A model generated the notes under the pieces. The model made no database searches and had not been told where the DNA came from. It was given only the letters and a program-made list of their open reading frames with translations. Below are positions 18,900 to 27,337 of a stretch of 64,000 nt of DNA, piece after piece. The position numbers were made by a program, and so were the translations under genes. Every line of letters starts with the position of its first letter. Position 1 is the stretch's first letter. Origin of the DNA: Anaerolineae bacterium (GTDB taxonomy: Bacteria > Chloroflexota > Anaerolineae > Aggregatilineales > Phototrophicaceae); the NCBI GenBank assembly GCA_022824465.1, contig JAJDZV010000002.1:20192-84191 (forward strand). Reading direction: 5' to 3'.

Positions 18900-20120
18900 A
18901 TGCCTCAATACGACCTCTTACTGAAAAATGGCCATGTCCTCGACCCGGCGAACAAGATTGACCGTGAGATGGATGTGGCGATCACAGGCGACTCAATCGC
19001 CGCTGTCGCCGAGGCTATCGCGTCCGCGGAGGCGACGCAAACGGTGGATGTCGCCGGCTGCCTGGTCACGCCGGGCCTGATCGACATGCACGTTCATGTT
19101 TATCACACGCGCGAGCCGGAGACTTTGAGCATCATCGCCGATCACCATACGTTTCGCTCGGGCGTCACGACGGTGGTTGATACCGGCACGGCCGGCGCGA
19201 AGCATTTCCTGCATTTCAAGCGCACCGTCATTGACCGCTGGAGGACGCGCATCTTCGCCTATATCAATATCGTCAAGTCGGGCATGGTTGGACCCTTCGA
19301 GCAAGATATTGATGAGATGGACGCGGCGCTGGCGGCTTCCATCGTGCTGGCTTATCCGGATGATTGCGTCGGCATCAAGACAGCGCACTACTGGGTATCC
19401 GAGCCATTTGACGAACGGCATCCGCCCTGGGCGGCGGTCGACCGGGCGCTTGAGGCATCTGACATCTGCAAGAAGCCGCTGATGGTTGATTTCTGGCATC
19501 GCGAGGGGCGCAGCTATCAGGAACTGCTGCGCAAGATGCAGCCGGGCGATATCCACACCCACGTCTACGCCCAACAGTTCCCCATCCTGGACGACGACAG
19601 AACGCCGGCCGATTTCATGTTCGCGGCGCGCGAGCGCGGCATCGTCTTCGACCTTGGGCATGGCGCCGGCAGCTTTTGGTGGCGGCTCGCGATTCCGGCA
19701 TTCCAGGGCGGCTTTGGTCCCGATTCGATCAGCACGGATCTGCACATCGGCAACGTGAACGGCGTAGTGCATGATATGCTGACCACGATGTCCAAGCTGC
19801 TGTGTATGGGCATGCCGCTCAACGAGGTCATTTACCGCTCGACCGTGACGCCGGCGCAGGAGATCGGCCACCCGGAACTGGGGACCTTGAGCGTTGGCGC
19901 GGAGGCCGATATCGCCGTGCTGCGCCAGGACCGGGGCGAGTTTGGCTATGTCGATTGCGGCGGGGCGCGCATGAATGGCGATCGCAAGCTCGGCTGCGAA
20001 ATGACCATCCGCGCTGGCGAGATTGTCTATGACCTGAACGGCCGGGCGACGCCGTTGTGGGAAGACGCGCCGGCGGCATACTGGAAAATTCGCCCGCCGA
20101 AAGGCAGCTTTGATCCATGA
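18900..20120 (+). CDS. Amidohydrolase-superfamily metallohydrolase (deacetylase/dihydroorotase-like)
   Basis: LLKNGHVLDP...TPGLIDMHVHVY metal-binding HxH motif. 4-nt overlap with the downstream PLP-enzyme gene. Confidence 0.8.
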   Translation: MPQYDLLLKNGHVLDPANKIDREMDVAITGDSIAAVAEAIASAEATQTVDVAGCLVTPGLIDMHVHVYHTREPETLSIIADHHTFRSGVTTVVDTGTAGAKHFLHFKRTVIDRWRTRIFAYINIVKSGMVGPFEQDIDEMDAALAASIVLAYPDDCVGIKTAHYWVSEPFDERHPPWAAVDRALEASDICKKPLMVDFWHREGRSYQELLRKMQPGDIHTHVYAQQFPILDDDRTPADFMFAARERGIVFDLGHGAGSFWWRLAIPAFQGGFGPDSISTDLHIGNVNGVVHDMLTTMSKLLCMGMPLNEVIYRSTVTPAQEIGHPELGTLSVGAEADIAVLRQDRGEFGYVDCGGARMNGDRKLGCEMTIRAGEIVYDLNGRATPLWEDAPAAYWKIRPPKGSFDP

Positions 20121-21214
20121 CCAGTTACAAATCGCTGGGCGTGCGCCCGCTCATCAACGCCTACGCCACAGTGACCAAATATGGCGGCTCGCTGATGCCG
20201 CCGGAAGTCGTCAGCGCTATGAGCGAGGCGGCTGGCGCATTCGTCGAGCTGGCTGCGTTGCAGCGCCGGGTGGGCGAGCGCATCGCCCGGCTGACCGGCA
20301 ACGAAGCGGCTTATGTCACATCGGGCGCGGCCGCAGGCATTCAACTCGCCGGGGCTGCCGCCGTCTTGCACAAGCAGCCGGAGGCGCTCAAGCGCTTCCC
20401 CGATATCGCCGCTTTCAAGAACGAAGCGATCATCTTCCGCGGGCAGCGCAACCCTTACGATTACAGCATAAAGGCGGTGGGCTTGAGGTACGTCGAAATC
20501 GCCGGCTCAATGGACGACTTGCGCGCCGCCTTCAGCGAGCGCAGCGCTTGCGTCTTCTGGTTTCATGGGGCGCTGGTCTCGGATGATGATCCGCCGCTCG
20601 CCGACTTGATCGCGGTTGCGGAAGGGCGCGATATTCCGGTCATCGTCGATGCCGCGGCGCAGTTGCCGCCGGTGGAGAACTTGTGGCGCTTCACCGAGAT
20701 GGGCGCGGCGCTCGCGCTTTTCAGCGGCGGCAAGGATCTGCGCGGACCGCAGTCCACCGGCTTGATGCTGGGCCGCCGCGACCTCATTGATTCGATCCGC
20801 CCGATCAGCAATCCCAATCATGGCTTGGGCCGCCCCTTTAAAGTCGGCAAAGAAGAGATGATGGGCGCTCTCGCGGCTGTGGAGCGTTACCTCAAGCTTG
20901 ACCATGGCGCGCGCGCCCAATACTGCGAAGATGTGGCGCGCATGTTTTGCGAGGCGCTGAATCCGCTGCCCGGTGTTTGCGCCGAGCGTGAATTCCCCAA
21001 CGAAGCCGGTCAGCCGCTGCCCTGGTGCCGTGTGACCGTGGACCCGGACGCGCTCGGCAAGACAGCCGACGACCTGGTGCAAGCCTTCCTGGCGCATGAG
21101 CCCGGCATCGCCGTGTCGCCGCTGAATGAGACACAGTTCCACCTCAATCCGATGACGCTGCATCCGGGCGAGGAAATCGTCGTCCGCGATGCTTGTCTGA
21201 AGCTGCTTGCCTAG
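20117..21214 (+). CDS. SelA-like PLP-dependent enzyme (DgaE-type, D-glucosaminate-6-phosphate ammonia-lyase-like)
   Basis: FSGGKDLRGPQSTGLMLG matches the SelA/DgaE PLP-lysine region (FSGxK..GPQ.G). Confidence 0.7.
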   Translation: MTSYKSLGVRPLINAYATVTKYGGSLMPPEVVSAMSEAAGAFVELAALQRRVGERIARLTGNEAAYVTSGAAAGIQLAGAAAVLHKQPEALKRFPDIAAFKNEAIIFRGQRNPYDYSIKAVGLRYVEIAGSMDDLRAAFSERSACVFWFHGALVSDDDPPLADLIAVAEGRDIPVIVDAAAQLPPVENLWRFTEMGAALALFSGGKDLRGPQSTGLMLGRRDLIDSIRPISNPNHGLGRPFKVGKEEMMGALAAVERYLKLDHGARAQYCEDVARMFCEALNPLPGVCAEREFPNEAGQPLPWCRVTVDPDALGKTADDLVQAFLAHEPGIAVSPLNETQFHLNPMTLHPGEEIVVRDACLKLLA

Positions 21215-21276
21215 CGCCCGCCATAATCCGTGTGGTAGACTTCGCCAAGATGTCGACGCCTCTTGATTATGCGCGC

Positions 21277-21367
21277 GCGGACGAGCCAATGGCTCGCCCC
21301 TACTAGGTTTCGATGATTATGGAGACTGCGAAAAGACAGCGGTCATTCTCATCAGTTCTTTGAATCT
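21277..21367 (+). repeat. Repeat family A copy (~90-100 nt, REP hairpin + conserved tail)
   Basis: CGAGCCAATGGCTCGCCCCTAC..TTCGATGATTATGGAGACTGCGAAAAGACAGCGGTCATTCTCA aligns with copies at 38247 and 62237. Confidence 0.75.
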
Positions 21368-21444
21368 GTATCCGAATCTCTTGGGTGAATTAGTTTGTCT
21401 CCAGTTCGCGGATTGTCACACATGATCAACCGTAAGCGCTTCCC

Positions 21445-21762
21445 ATGAACCGACCGTTTGAACTTTACGACCTGCGCGTCACCGTCGAACGCATCGAAGG
21501 TCGCTCCGTCTGCGGGCTGGAGGTCGGCGATTACTTCGAATTGACCGAAAGCGCCAAGCTGCGCATTCCCGCTGGCAAGCACTTCTGTATCTACGCGCTG
21601 TCGGCCGTGCTGCCCTTGCTGGCGGCGAAGCAGCGCGAGCTCAGCGAAAATGACTGGATGACGCGCGATACGGTGGCTGCCTGCCCGGATGTCGATGAGC
21701 GGCTCATCATGCGCATTGAGAGGCGCGACAAACGCAGGCTGGACAGCGACGACCTCACTTGA
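21445..21762 (+). CDS. TIGR04076-family small protein
   Basis: 105 aa. The C..H..GD.F pattern (SVCGLEVGDYFEL...GKHFCIYALSAVLPLL) is typical of this family as I recall it. Confidence 0.6.
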   Translation: MNRPFELYDLRVTVERIEGRSVCGLEVGDYFELTESAKLRIPAGKHFCIYALSAVLPLLAAKQRELSENDWMTRDTVAACPDVDERLIMRIERRDKRRLDSDDLT

Positions 21763-21835
21763 GCGTGCGCGTGTTGCGGCTGCCAGCGGCGATGAATTGG
21801 CCGGTTGCAGCAGGCGCGATAGGCAGACGCGTGTG

Positions 21836-22951
21836 CTAAATCACTTCGAGATATTCGCGATCGGGCAACGCGGGAAATGGCGCATGCGGCTCCGCCTGAT
21901 ACCAGAAAGCGGTTGAGGCGATATCGTCTTGCAGCGGCAAGTAACGAGCCTCGTCAAAGCTTTCCTTATGCAGCATGCTGGATCGCCAGCCGAGCGCCTG
22001 AATGGTCACGCGAAGGTCTTCATCAAAGCGGATCGGATCCGGTATATGCCAGCGGTACATGCCAAAGCGCTGCTGACTCTGATAGAAACCATCCGGTATG
22101 ATGACCTGGGGCAAGCCCAGATAAGGCGTTGTGAAGGGGATATAATTGCCTTCCTGATTGCCGAAGCACCAGGCGCCGCCGAAATAGTCTTCCGTACCGG
22201 TGCCGCATATCGTGGGAAAGTCGCTGTCTCCGTCCATGTAGAATTTGATCTCGCCCTCGCCCCACCAGCCGCGGTTATTGCTGCCCCATGCCATATAAGT
22301 CCCGACGTAGTGGCCCATACCTTGAATGCCGTCGACGATCGTATAGACATCCTTGTACGGCAGCGGGTTGCTGCGGCGCCATTGCGCGTGCAGATAGCCG
22401 ACATCCTCGGGCACATCGGTCAGCGTGTAGTCGAATTGGTAGAACATGGGTTGAACGGGCTTGTCAAGCAAGTTTTCTATGGTGACGCGGGCGCTCTTGC
22501 GGAAGGGCATCTCCCAATAGCTGTTGAAGGCGCTGTGGGGATTGGCGGATATGGGCATTGAATTGACATGACAGTATTCTGTCCAGCCGTTACAGAAGAA
22601 GTCGCCAAAGGGCGCCTCGATCGAGGGAGTCTCTTCATCGTCCCAATAGAAGCGCAGGATCAGCGAGCGCCAGTACTTGGAAAAGGTGGTGATCCAGATA
22701 TGTTGGATGGCGCCCGGTCCCTCAATCTCGGCTAGCGTGGTGACGCTGTTGGCGTCCAACTGGATGCATGGCGAGACTTTCCAGCCCTGCCCCAAGTCTT
22801 GCGCGGCCGATAGAGAGAAGCCCTCGGTGGCCATGCCGCCGGCTCCTTTTTCGCCGCGGAAATTCTCGGCGCTGATCGAGCGCGTCTTCGCCTTGGACAA
22901 GCGCGAGATATTACCCATGTTCAGATGCAATCCGTTGAAGTAGTTCATCAA
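21836..22951 (-). CDS. DUF2961 / glycoside hydrolase family 172 protein
   Basis: RSISAENFRGEKG, IEGPGAIQHIWIT, LRFYWDDEETPSIEAPFGDFF and NSYWEMPF match the DUF2961 pattern. Confidence 0.8.
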   Translation of the reverse strand: MMNYFNGLHLNMGNISRLSKAKTRSISAENFRGEKGAGGMATEGFSLSAAQDLGQGWKVSPCIQLDANSVTTLAEIEGPGAIQHIWITTFSKYWRSLILRFYWDDEETPSIEAPFGDFFCNGWTEYCHVNSMPISANPHSAFNSYWEMPFRKSARVTIENLLDKPVQPMFYQFDYTLTDVPEDVGYLHAQWRRSNPLPYKDVYTIVDGIQGMGHYVGTYMAWGSNNRGWWGEGEIKFYMDGDSDFPTICGTGTEDYFGGAWCFGNQEGNYIPFTTPYLGLPQVIIPDGFYQSQQRFGMYRWHIPDPIRFDEDLRVTIQALGWRSSMLHKESFDEARYLPLQDDIASTAFWYQAEPHAPFPALPDREYLEVI

Positions 22952-23120
22952 GTCACCTCATTTATGATTTGACTAGTTCCAAGTTTGTCATGCCTAAAGT
23001 GAATGGAAGTCGTTGGCGAGCGCGGGCGAGTTGGTAGCTCGTCTTTATGTTATTTACACCACCCCGGCCCCAATCCTGAGGAGCGGACGCCTTTGGGATT
23101 GGAGCGCCGCTGCGGTTTAC

Positions 23121-23162
23121 CTCATCCCCCGGTCCCCTCTCCGAGTCATCAGAGAGGGGGAG
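23121..23162 (-). repeat. Repeat family B hairpin module
   Basis: The reverse complement GCTCCCCCTCTCTGATGACTCGGAGAGGGGACCGGGGGATGAGG aligns with 8619-8660 ACTCCCCTCCCTGATGATTCGGGGAGGGGCCGGGGGAGGGGT. Confidence 0.7.
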
Positions 23163-23317
23163 CGCGCAGCACGAAGATGGAATCATGTGGGCATGTGTGC
23201 GTCCGGCAGGAGATAATGCGCCAATACTAGGTCGAGTCAGCCTTCTCTGTTGAACCGGGGGTCGGCGGAGAATTGGGTACAAGAACATGTCCGCTCCTCC
23301 GCGGCCGCACGCCGTCG

Positions 23318-23440
23318 CATCAGGGAGGGGAGCGAAACTGAGCCGACTCGGAGATTCTGCACGAGATTTCGTTGCTGGCAGCGGCTCTTGGCGAAATCTT
23401 CCTGCGATTGATATGGGGGGATTGAGGCGGGTAGACTCAA
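23318..23440 (-). repeat. Repeat family B copy (interrupted)
   Basis: The reverse complement begins GAGTCTACCCGCCTCAATCCCCCCATATCAAT and ends CTCCCCTCCCTGATG, as in 8541-8634. Confidence 0.65.
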
Positions 23441-23467
23441 GTGGGCGAATCACAGAATCGCCCCTAC
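23441..23467 (+). repeat. REP-core hairpin variant
   Basis: GTGGGCGAATCACAGAATCGCCCCTAC. Overlaps the last codons of the OppF-like gene. Confidence 0.6.
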
Positions 23468-24463
23468 CGGCTCGCTTGCGACGGGGTCGTAATCGACGGG
23501 TTTGTAGCAAAGCGCCTGCCGCTCGTCCGAGACTTGCACCATAGGCGGGGCAGTGCGCTCGCAGATCGGACGGACATATTTGCAGCGTTTGGCGAATTTG
23601 CAGGCCTGCGCCTGGTATTCCTTCAATTCGATATCGGGCAGCGTCACGTCGCGTTCCCACTTATGGTCGACAGTCGGAACGGAATCGAGCAGCAATTCGG
23701 TATAGGGATGGGCAGAATCGGTCAGGATTTGATCGGAGGGTCCGTATTCGACGACGCTGCCGCGGTACATGATGGCGATGTAATCGCTGACATAGTAGGC
23801 GGTCGAGAGATCGTGCGTGATATAGACGAAGCTGACCTTGTAGCGCTCTTTCAGTTCGAGGAACAAGTTGACGATGTTCATGCGCAGCGAGGCATCAATC
23901 ATGCTCACCGGTTCGTCGGCGACAATGAGCTTAGGGCGCGGGATAAGGCTGCGGGCGACGGAGATGCGCTGCAGCTCGCCACCTGAGAACTGATTGGCGT
24001 ATTTGCCTTCCACGCGCGACAGGTCCAGCCCCACGGACTCCAGCACCTCGGCGACGATCGCGCGCGCTTCTTTCCTGTTCGCGGCGACGCCCAGGCGAAT
24101 AGCGGCATTGAAGAGATAGCGATCGACCTTTTTCCGCGCGCTGAAAGCCTCGAAAGGATTCTGAAAGATCGGCTGTACCGCGCGATAGTAGTCGCGCCCT
24201 TTCAAGCCGTCGCCGCCCTTTGCGTATAGCGGATGACCGTCGATTAGCACATTGCCAGATGTCGGATGCTCCAGCTCGAGGATGATGCGGGCCAGCGTGG
24301 TTTTGCCGCTGCCGGATTCGCCAACTATGCTGAGTATCGAAGGCTCGGCCGCCGGCAAGCTCAGGCTGACATCGTCGACGGCCACCAGGCGCGTGCCGAG
24401 GACCAAGCCGCCGATGCGGAAGACCTTGCTGACATTGCGCAGTTCGAGCAGGTTTGCAGTCAA
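23450..24463 (-). CDS. Oligopeptide/dipeptide-type ABC transporter ATP-binding protein (OppF/DppF-like)
   Basis: Walker A GESGSGKTT, signature FSGGELQR, Walker B LIVADEP, C-terminal Opp-type Cys-rich extension. The 3' end runs into a REP hairpin. Confidence 0.9.
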   Translation of the reverse strand: MTANLLELRNVSKVFRIGGLVLGTRLVAVDDVSLSLPAAEPSILSIVGESGSGKTTLARIILELEHPTSGNVLIDGHPLYAKGGDGLKGRDYYRAVQPIFQNPFEAFSARKKVDRYLFNAAIRLGVAANRKEARAIVAEVLESVGLDLSRVEGKYANQFSGGELQRISVARSLIPRPKLIVADEPVSMIDASLRMNIVNLFLELKERYKVSFVYITHDLSTAYYVSDYIAIMYRGSVVEYGPSDQILTDSAHPYTELLLDSVPTVDHKWERDVTLPDIELKEYQAQACKFAKRCKYVRPICERTAPPMVQVSDERQALCYKPVDYDPVASEPVGAIL

Positions 24464-25437
24464 GAGGCAGCCTCTCCGTAAAGGTGACAGGACACAAAGT
24501 GCTGATCCTCGATTTGGATCATTGTGGGATCCTGATGGGCGCAGTGCTCCATGACTTTGGGGCAGCGCGCGGCAAATCGGCAGCCGGCCGGCGGGTCAAT
24601 GAGGTTCGGCGGCCGGCCGGAGATGCCCGAGCGCTGCGCGCGATCGCCGACGCGCGGCAAAGATTGAATCAACATTTGCGTGTATGGATGCAGCGGATTG
24701 CGGAAGATGGCATCGGTGGGACCATATTCCACCAGCTTGCCAGCATACATGATCGCCAGCCGGTCGCTGATTTGATAGTGCACGCCCATATCGTGCGAGA
24801 CGACGACCAGCGTGTTTTCCATCTGCTGCTGCAATTCGATCAGCATCAGCAGGATGCCTTTTTGCACGACCACATCCAACGCGGTTGTCGGTTCGTCAGC
24901 CAGGACGATCTGTGGATGCAGGAAGGTGCCGAGCGCCACCAGAACCCGCTGCTTCATGCCGCCGCTGAGTTGATGCGGGTAGGACTTCAAGACCTCGACC
25001 GGCAACTCCAGGTCTTTTAGATATGCGGCCACCCGTTCGCGTATCGCCTTTTTGCCTCTTGCCTTCAGCGCATGGCTCTTTGGCACGGCGTCAAAGAACT
25101 GGTTTTCGATGCGAATCACGGGATTGAGCACGCTCATCGAGCCTTGAGGAATATATGAGATGAAGTCCCACCAATGCTTGCGGATTTCGCCGGGTCCGAT
25201 GGTATTGATCTTACCGTTGCTGTCGGGAAAATCGGCTTCGTAGCTGCCGGAGACGATCTGCAGCGGCGGCTGAATGTAGTCGTATAGCACCTTGAGCAAG
25301 GTCGACTTGCCGCAGCCCGATTCGCCGGCGATGCCGAGCACCTCGTTGGGCTGAATTTCAAAGGAGACGCCATCGACCGCCTGCACGACGCCGCGCGGCG
25401 TAGCGTAATGGCATCTTAGATCGCGCAGCCTAAGCAT
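24460..25437 (-). CDS. Oligopeptide/dipeptide-type ABC transporter ATP-binding protein (OppD/DppD-like)
   Basis: Walker A GESGCGKST, signature LSGGMKQR, Walker B VLADEPTTALD. Confidence 0.9.
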   Translation of the reverse strand: MLRLRDLRCHYATPRGVVQAVDGVSFEIQPNEVLGIAGESGCGKSTLLKVLYDYIQPPLQIVSGSYEADFPDSNGKINTIGPGEIRKHWWDFISYIPQGSMSVLNPVIRIENQFFDAVPKSHALKARGKKAIRERVAAYLKDLELPVEVLKSYPHQLSGGMKQRVLVALGTFLHPQIVLADEPTTALDVVVQKGILLMLIELQQQMENTLVVVSHDMGVHYQISDRLAIMYAGKLVEYGPTDAIFRNPLHPYTQMLIQSLPRVGDRAQRSGISGRPPNLIDPPAGCRFAARCPKVMEHCAHQDPTMIQIEDQHFVSCHLYGEAAS

Positions 25438-26263
25438 CGCCGTGCCCCCGCCGCTCGGCGGACAAGCTGGATATGCCGGTCGAAATCAGGAACAAAGCGA
25501 TAAACAGCAGGATGATGGCGACCACGGGCGAGCCGATCCACCACCAGCGTTGGCCGAGCAGCGCCTGGTGCTGGAGCGCCCAATAGATGGTGGTGCCAAG
25601 CGTGGCTTCTTCCAGGCTCGACAATCCGATCACCGCCAAGCCCGATTCGATGGCGATGGCGACCAAGACCGTGTTGACGAAGTTGGCCATCGCCCAACTG
25701 AAAATATGGGGCACGATTTCTTCCGCCAAAATGTGAATTGTGCTTGAGCCAGAGAAGCGCGCCGTATTGACGAACTGGCGTTCACGCATGCTCAGGGCGA
25801 TCGAGCGCATTTGGCGGGCGGGCCAGGGCCAGTTGAAGAGAATCAAGATGATGCTGATCAAGAGCAGGGAGGCGCGGCCCTGCAAGAGCGACGACATCAG
25901 GATGAGAATGGGCAAAGACGGGACGACGATAAAGACATCGGCAAGCAAGGTGATGACGCGGTCGGGGATGCCGCCGAGGAAGCCGGCTGCCAGCCCGGCG
26001 AAGACGCCGATTAGCGTGGCGAAGAAGGCGACGAAGACACCGATCAAGAGCGAGTTTTGCGTCGCATAGGACATGAGCCAGAAGGTGTCCTGCCCCAGAT
26101 TGGTCGTGCCCAGCAGATGTTCGGCGCTGGGCGGCAGGTTGCGCTGATGCCGGATCCAGTCGCGCGGGTCTTCCGGCGAGAAGAAGGGCAGGATGCCGCC
26201 AAGAACAAGGAAGGCGGCAAAGATAGCGACGCCGATCGTCAGCCTGGGATTGGATCGGCGCAT
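25430..26263 (-). CDS. Opp/Dpp-type ABC transporter permease (OppC/DppC-like)
   Basis: Six-TM BPD permease in operon context, overlapping the neighbouring genes. Confidence 0.85.
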   Translation of the reverse strand: MRRSNPRLTIGVAIFAAFLVLGGILPFFSPEDPRDWIRHQRNLPPSAEHLLGTTNLGQDTFWLMSYATQNSLLIGVFVAFFATLIGVFAGLAAGFLGGIPDRVITLLADVFIVVPSLPILILMSSLLQGRASLLLISIILILFNWPWPARQMRSIALSMRERQFVNTARFSGSSTIHILAEEIVPHIFSWAMANFVNTVLVAIAIESGLAVIGLSSLEEATLGTTIYWALQHQALLGQRWWWIGSPVVAIILLFIALFLISTGISSLSAERRGHGDA

Positions 26264-26265
26264 CG

Positions 26266-27264
26266 CTACCTCTGTCTGATCCGTGGATCAAAGAAGGGGT
26301 AAAGCAGGTCGATAATCAAAGTGGACGTGGCGACAGCGATGATAGATATGGTAATCGTGCCCATGAGCAGGTTGTAGTCGGCTTGAAGCACGGCGTTGTA
26401 GGTCATGGTGCCCAAACCGGGATAACTGAAGAGGATCTCCGCGATCAGCGCGCCATTGAAGATGGCGCCCAGTTGCAGCGCCAAAACCGTCACCTGCGGC
26501 AGGATGGCGTTGCGCAGCACGTAGGCGGTCATGATGCGCCCCTCGCCGGCGCCCTTCAGCTTGGCGAAATAGACGAAGTCTTCTTCCGAGATACTTGACG
26601 CCAGCGCCTTCATGCTCAAGACCCACCAGCCAAAACCGACAATGACGATCGAGGCGGCCGGCAGAATCGAGTTGTAGATCACGCTGGAAATGAATTGCCA
26701 GGACCAGGCGTCGCCGCGGACGGAGAAGAAGAGCGGGAAGATCGGATTAATGTGGATGAACAAAATGATCAAGATGAGCGCGGTGATGTAGTAGGGGATG
26801 GGGTAGACGAAGATGGCGATGACTTCCAGCGCGCGGGAGGAGAGCCAGCGGCTTTTGTAACCGGCGAGCAGGCCGATGGCGTTGCCGACGATCCAGGCGA
26901 TGATGGTTGACGACAGCAGCAAGCCAAGCGTCCAGGGGAGGGCTTGCCCGATCAATTCGTTAACCGGGGTGGGAAACATGGAAAGCGAGGGACCGAAATC
27001 GCGCGTCAAAAAGGTGCGGTGGAAGAAGCCGAAATACTGCTCTGCCAAAGTTCCTTCCAGGCCGAATGCCTGCGTCAGCGTGGCGCGCATTGCCTGGACC
27101 TGGCTGGCTTCCATATAGGCGCCCTGGCTCATAATCCGGCCGAGCATGGACTCGACCGGGTCGGAGGGCATGAATCGCGGCACAAAGAAGACAACCGAGA
27201 TGCCGATCCAGATCACCAGAACATAGGCGATGATCCGCGTGACCACGAATTTGGCAAATTGCAT
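26266..27264 (-). CDS. Opp/Dpp-type ABC transporter permease (OppB/DppB-like)
   Basis: The N-terminus MQFAKFVVTRIIAYVLVIW is typical of OppB-like permeases. The track start at 27315 is probably too long. Confidence 0.85.
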   Translation of the reverse strand: MQFAKFVVTRIIAYVLVIWIGISVVFFVPRFMPSDPVESMLGRIMSQGAYMEASQVQAMRATLTQAFGLEGTLAEQYFGFFHRTFLTRDFGPSLSMFPTPVNELIGQALPWTLGLLLSSTIIAWIVGNAIGLLAGYKSRWLSSRALEVIAIFVYPIPYYITALILIILFIHINPIFPLFFSVRGDAWSWQFISSVIYNSILPAASIVIVGFGWWVLSMKALASSISEEDFVYFAKLKGAGEGRIMTAYVLRNAILPQVTVLALQLGAIFNGALIAEILFSYPGLGTMTYNAVLQADYNLLMGTITISIIAVATSTLIIDLLYPFFDPRIRQR

Positions 27265-27337
27265 AAGAGCGTCTCGAGCCGGGTGGATTGGGTCTGCCCG
27301 GTAGAACGGACCCAATCCACTGCGCTGTCAAATCAGC

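Noticed and set aside
21352-21582. 76-aa minus-strand ORF overlapping the TIGR04076 gene start, and similar 60-120-aa ORFs across repeat regions (8554-8805, 23287-23544, 32198-32380, 38237-38419, 58259-58528)
   Set aside because: They are translations of REP or repeat elements (recurrent GEPLARPY, RGGPWL and PLIWGD-type peptides) or antisense to real genes. They have no independent support.
22952-23449. CRISPR array or tandem repeat array in the repeat-dense spacers
   Set aside because: The repeats belong to different families, occur in both orientations and lack regular repeat-spacer periodicity. No cas genes are present in the window.
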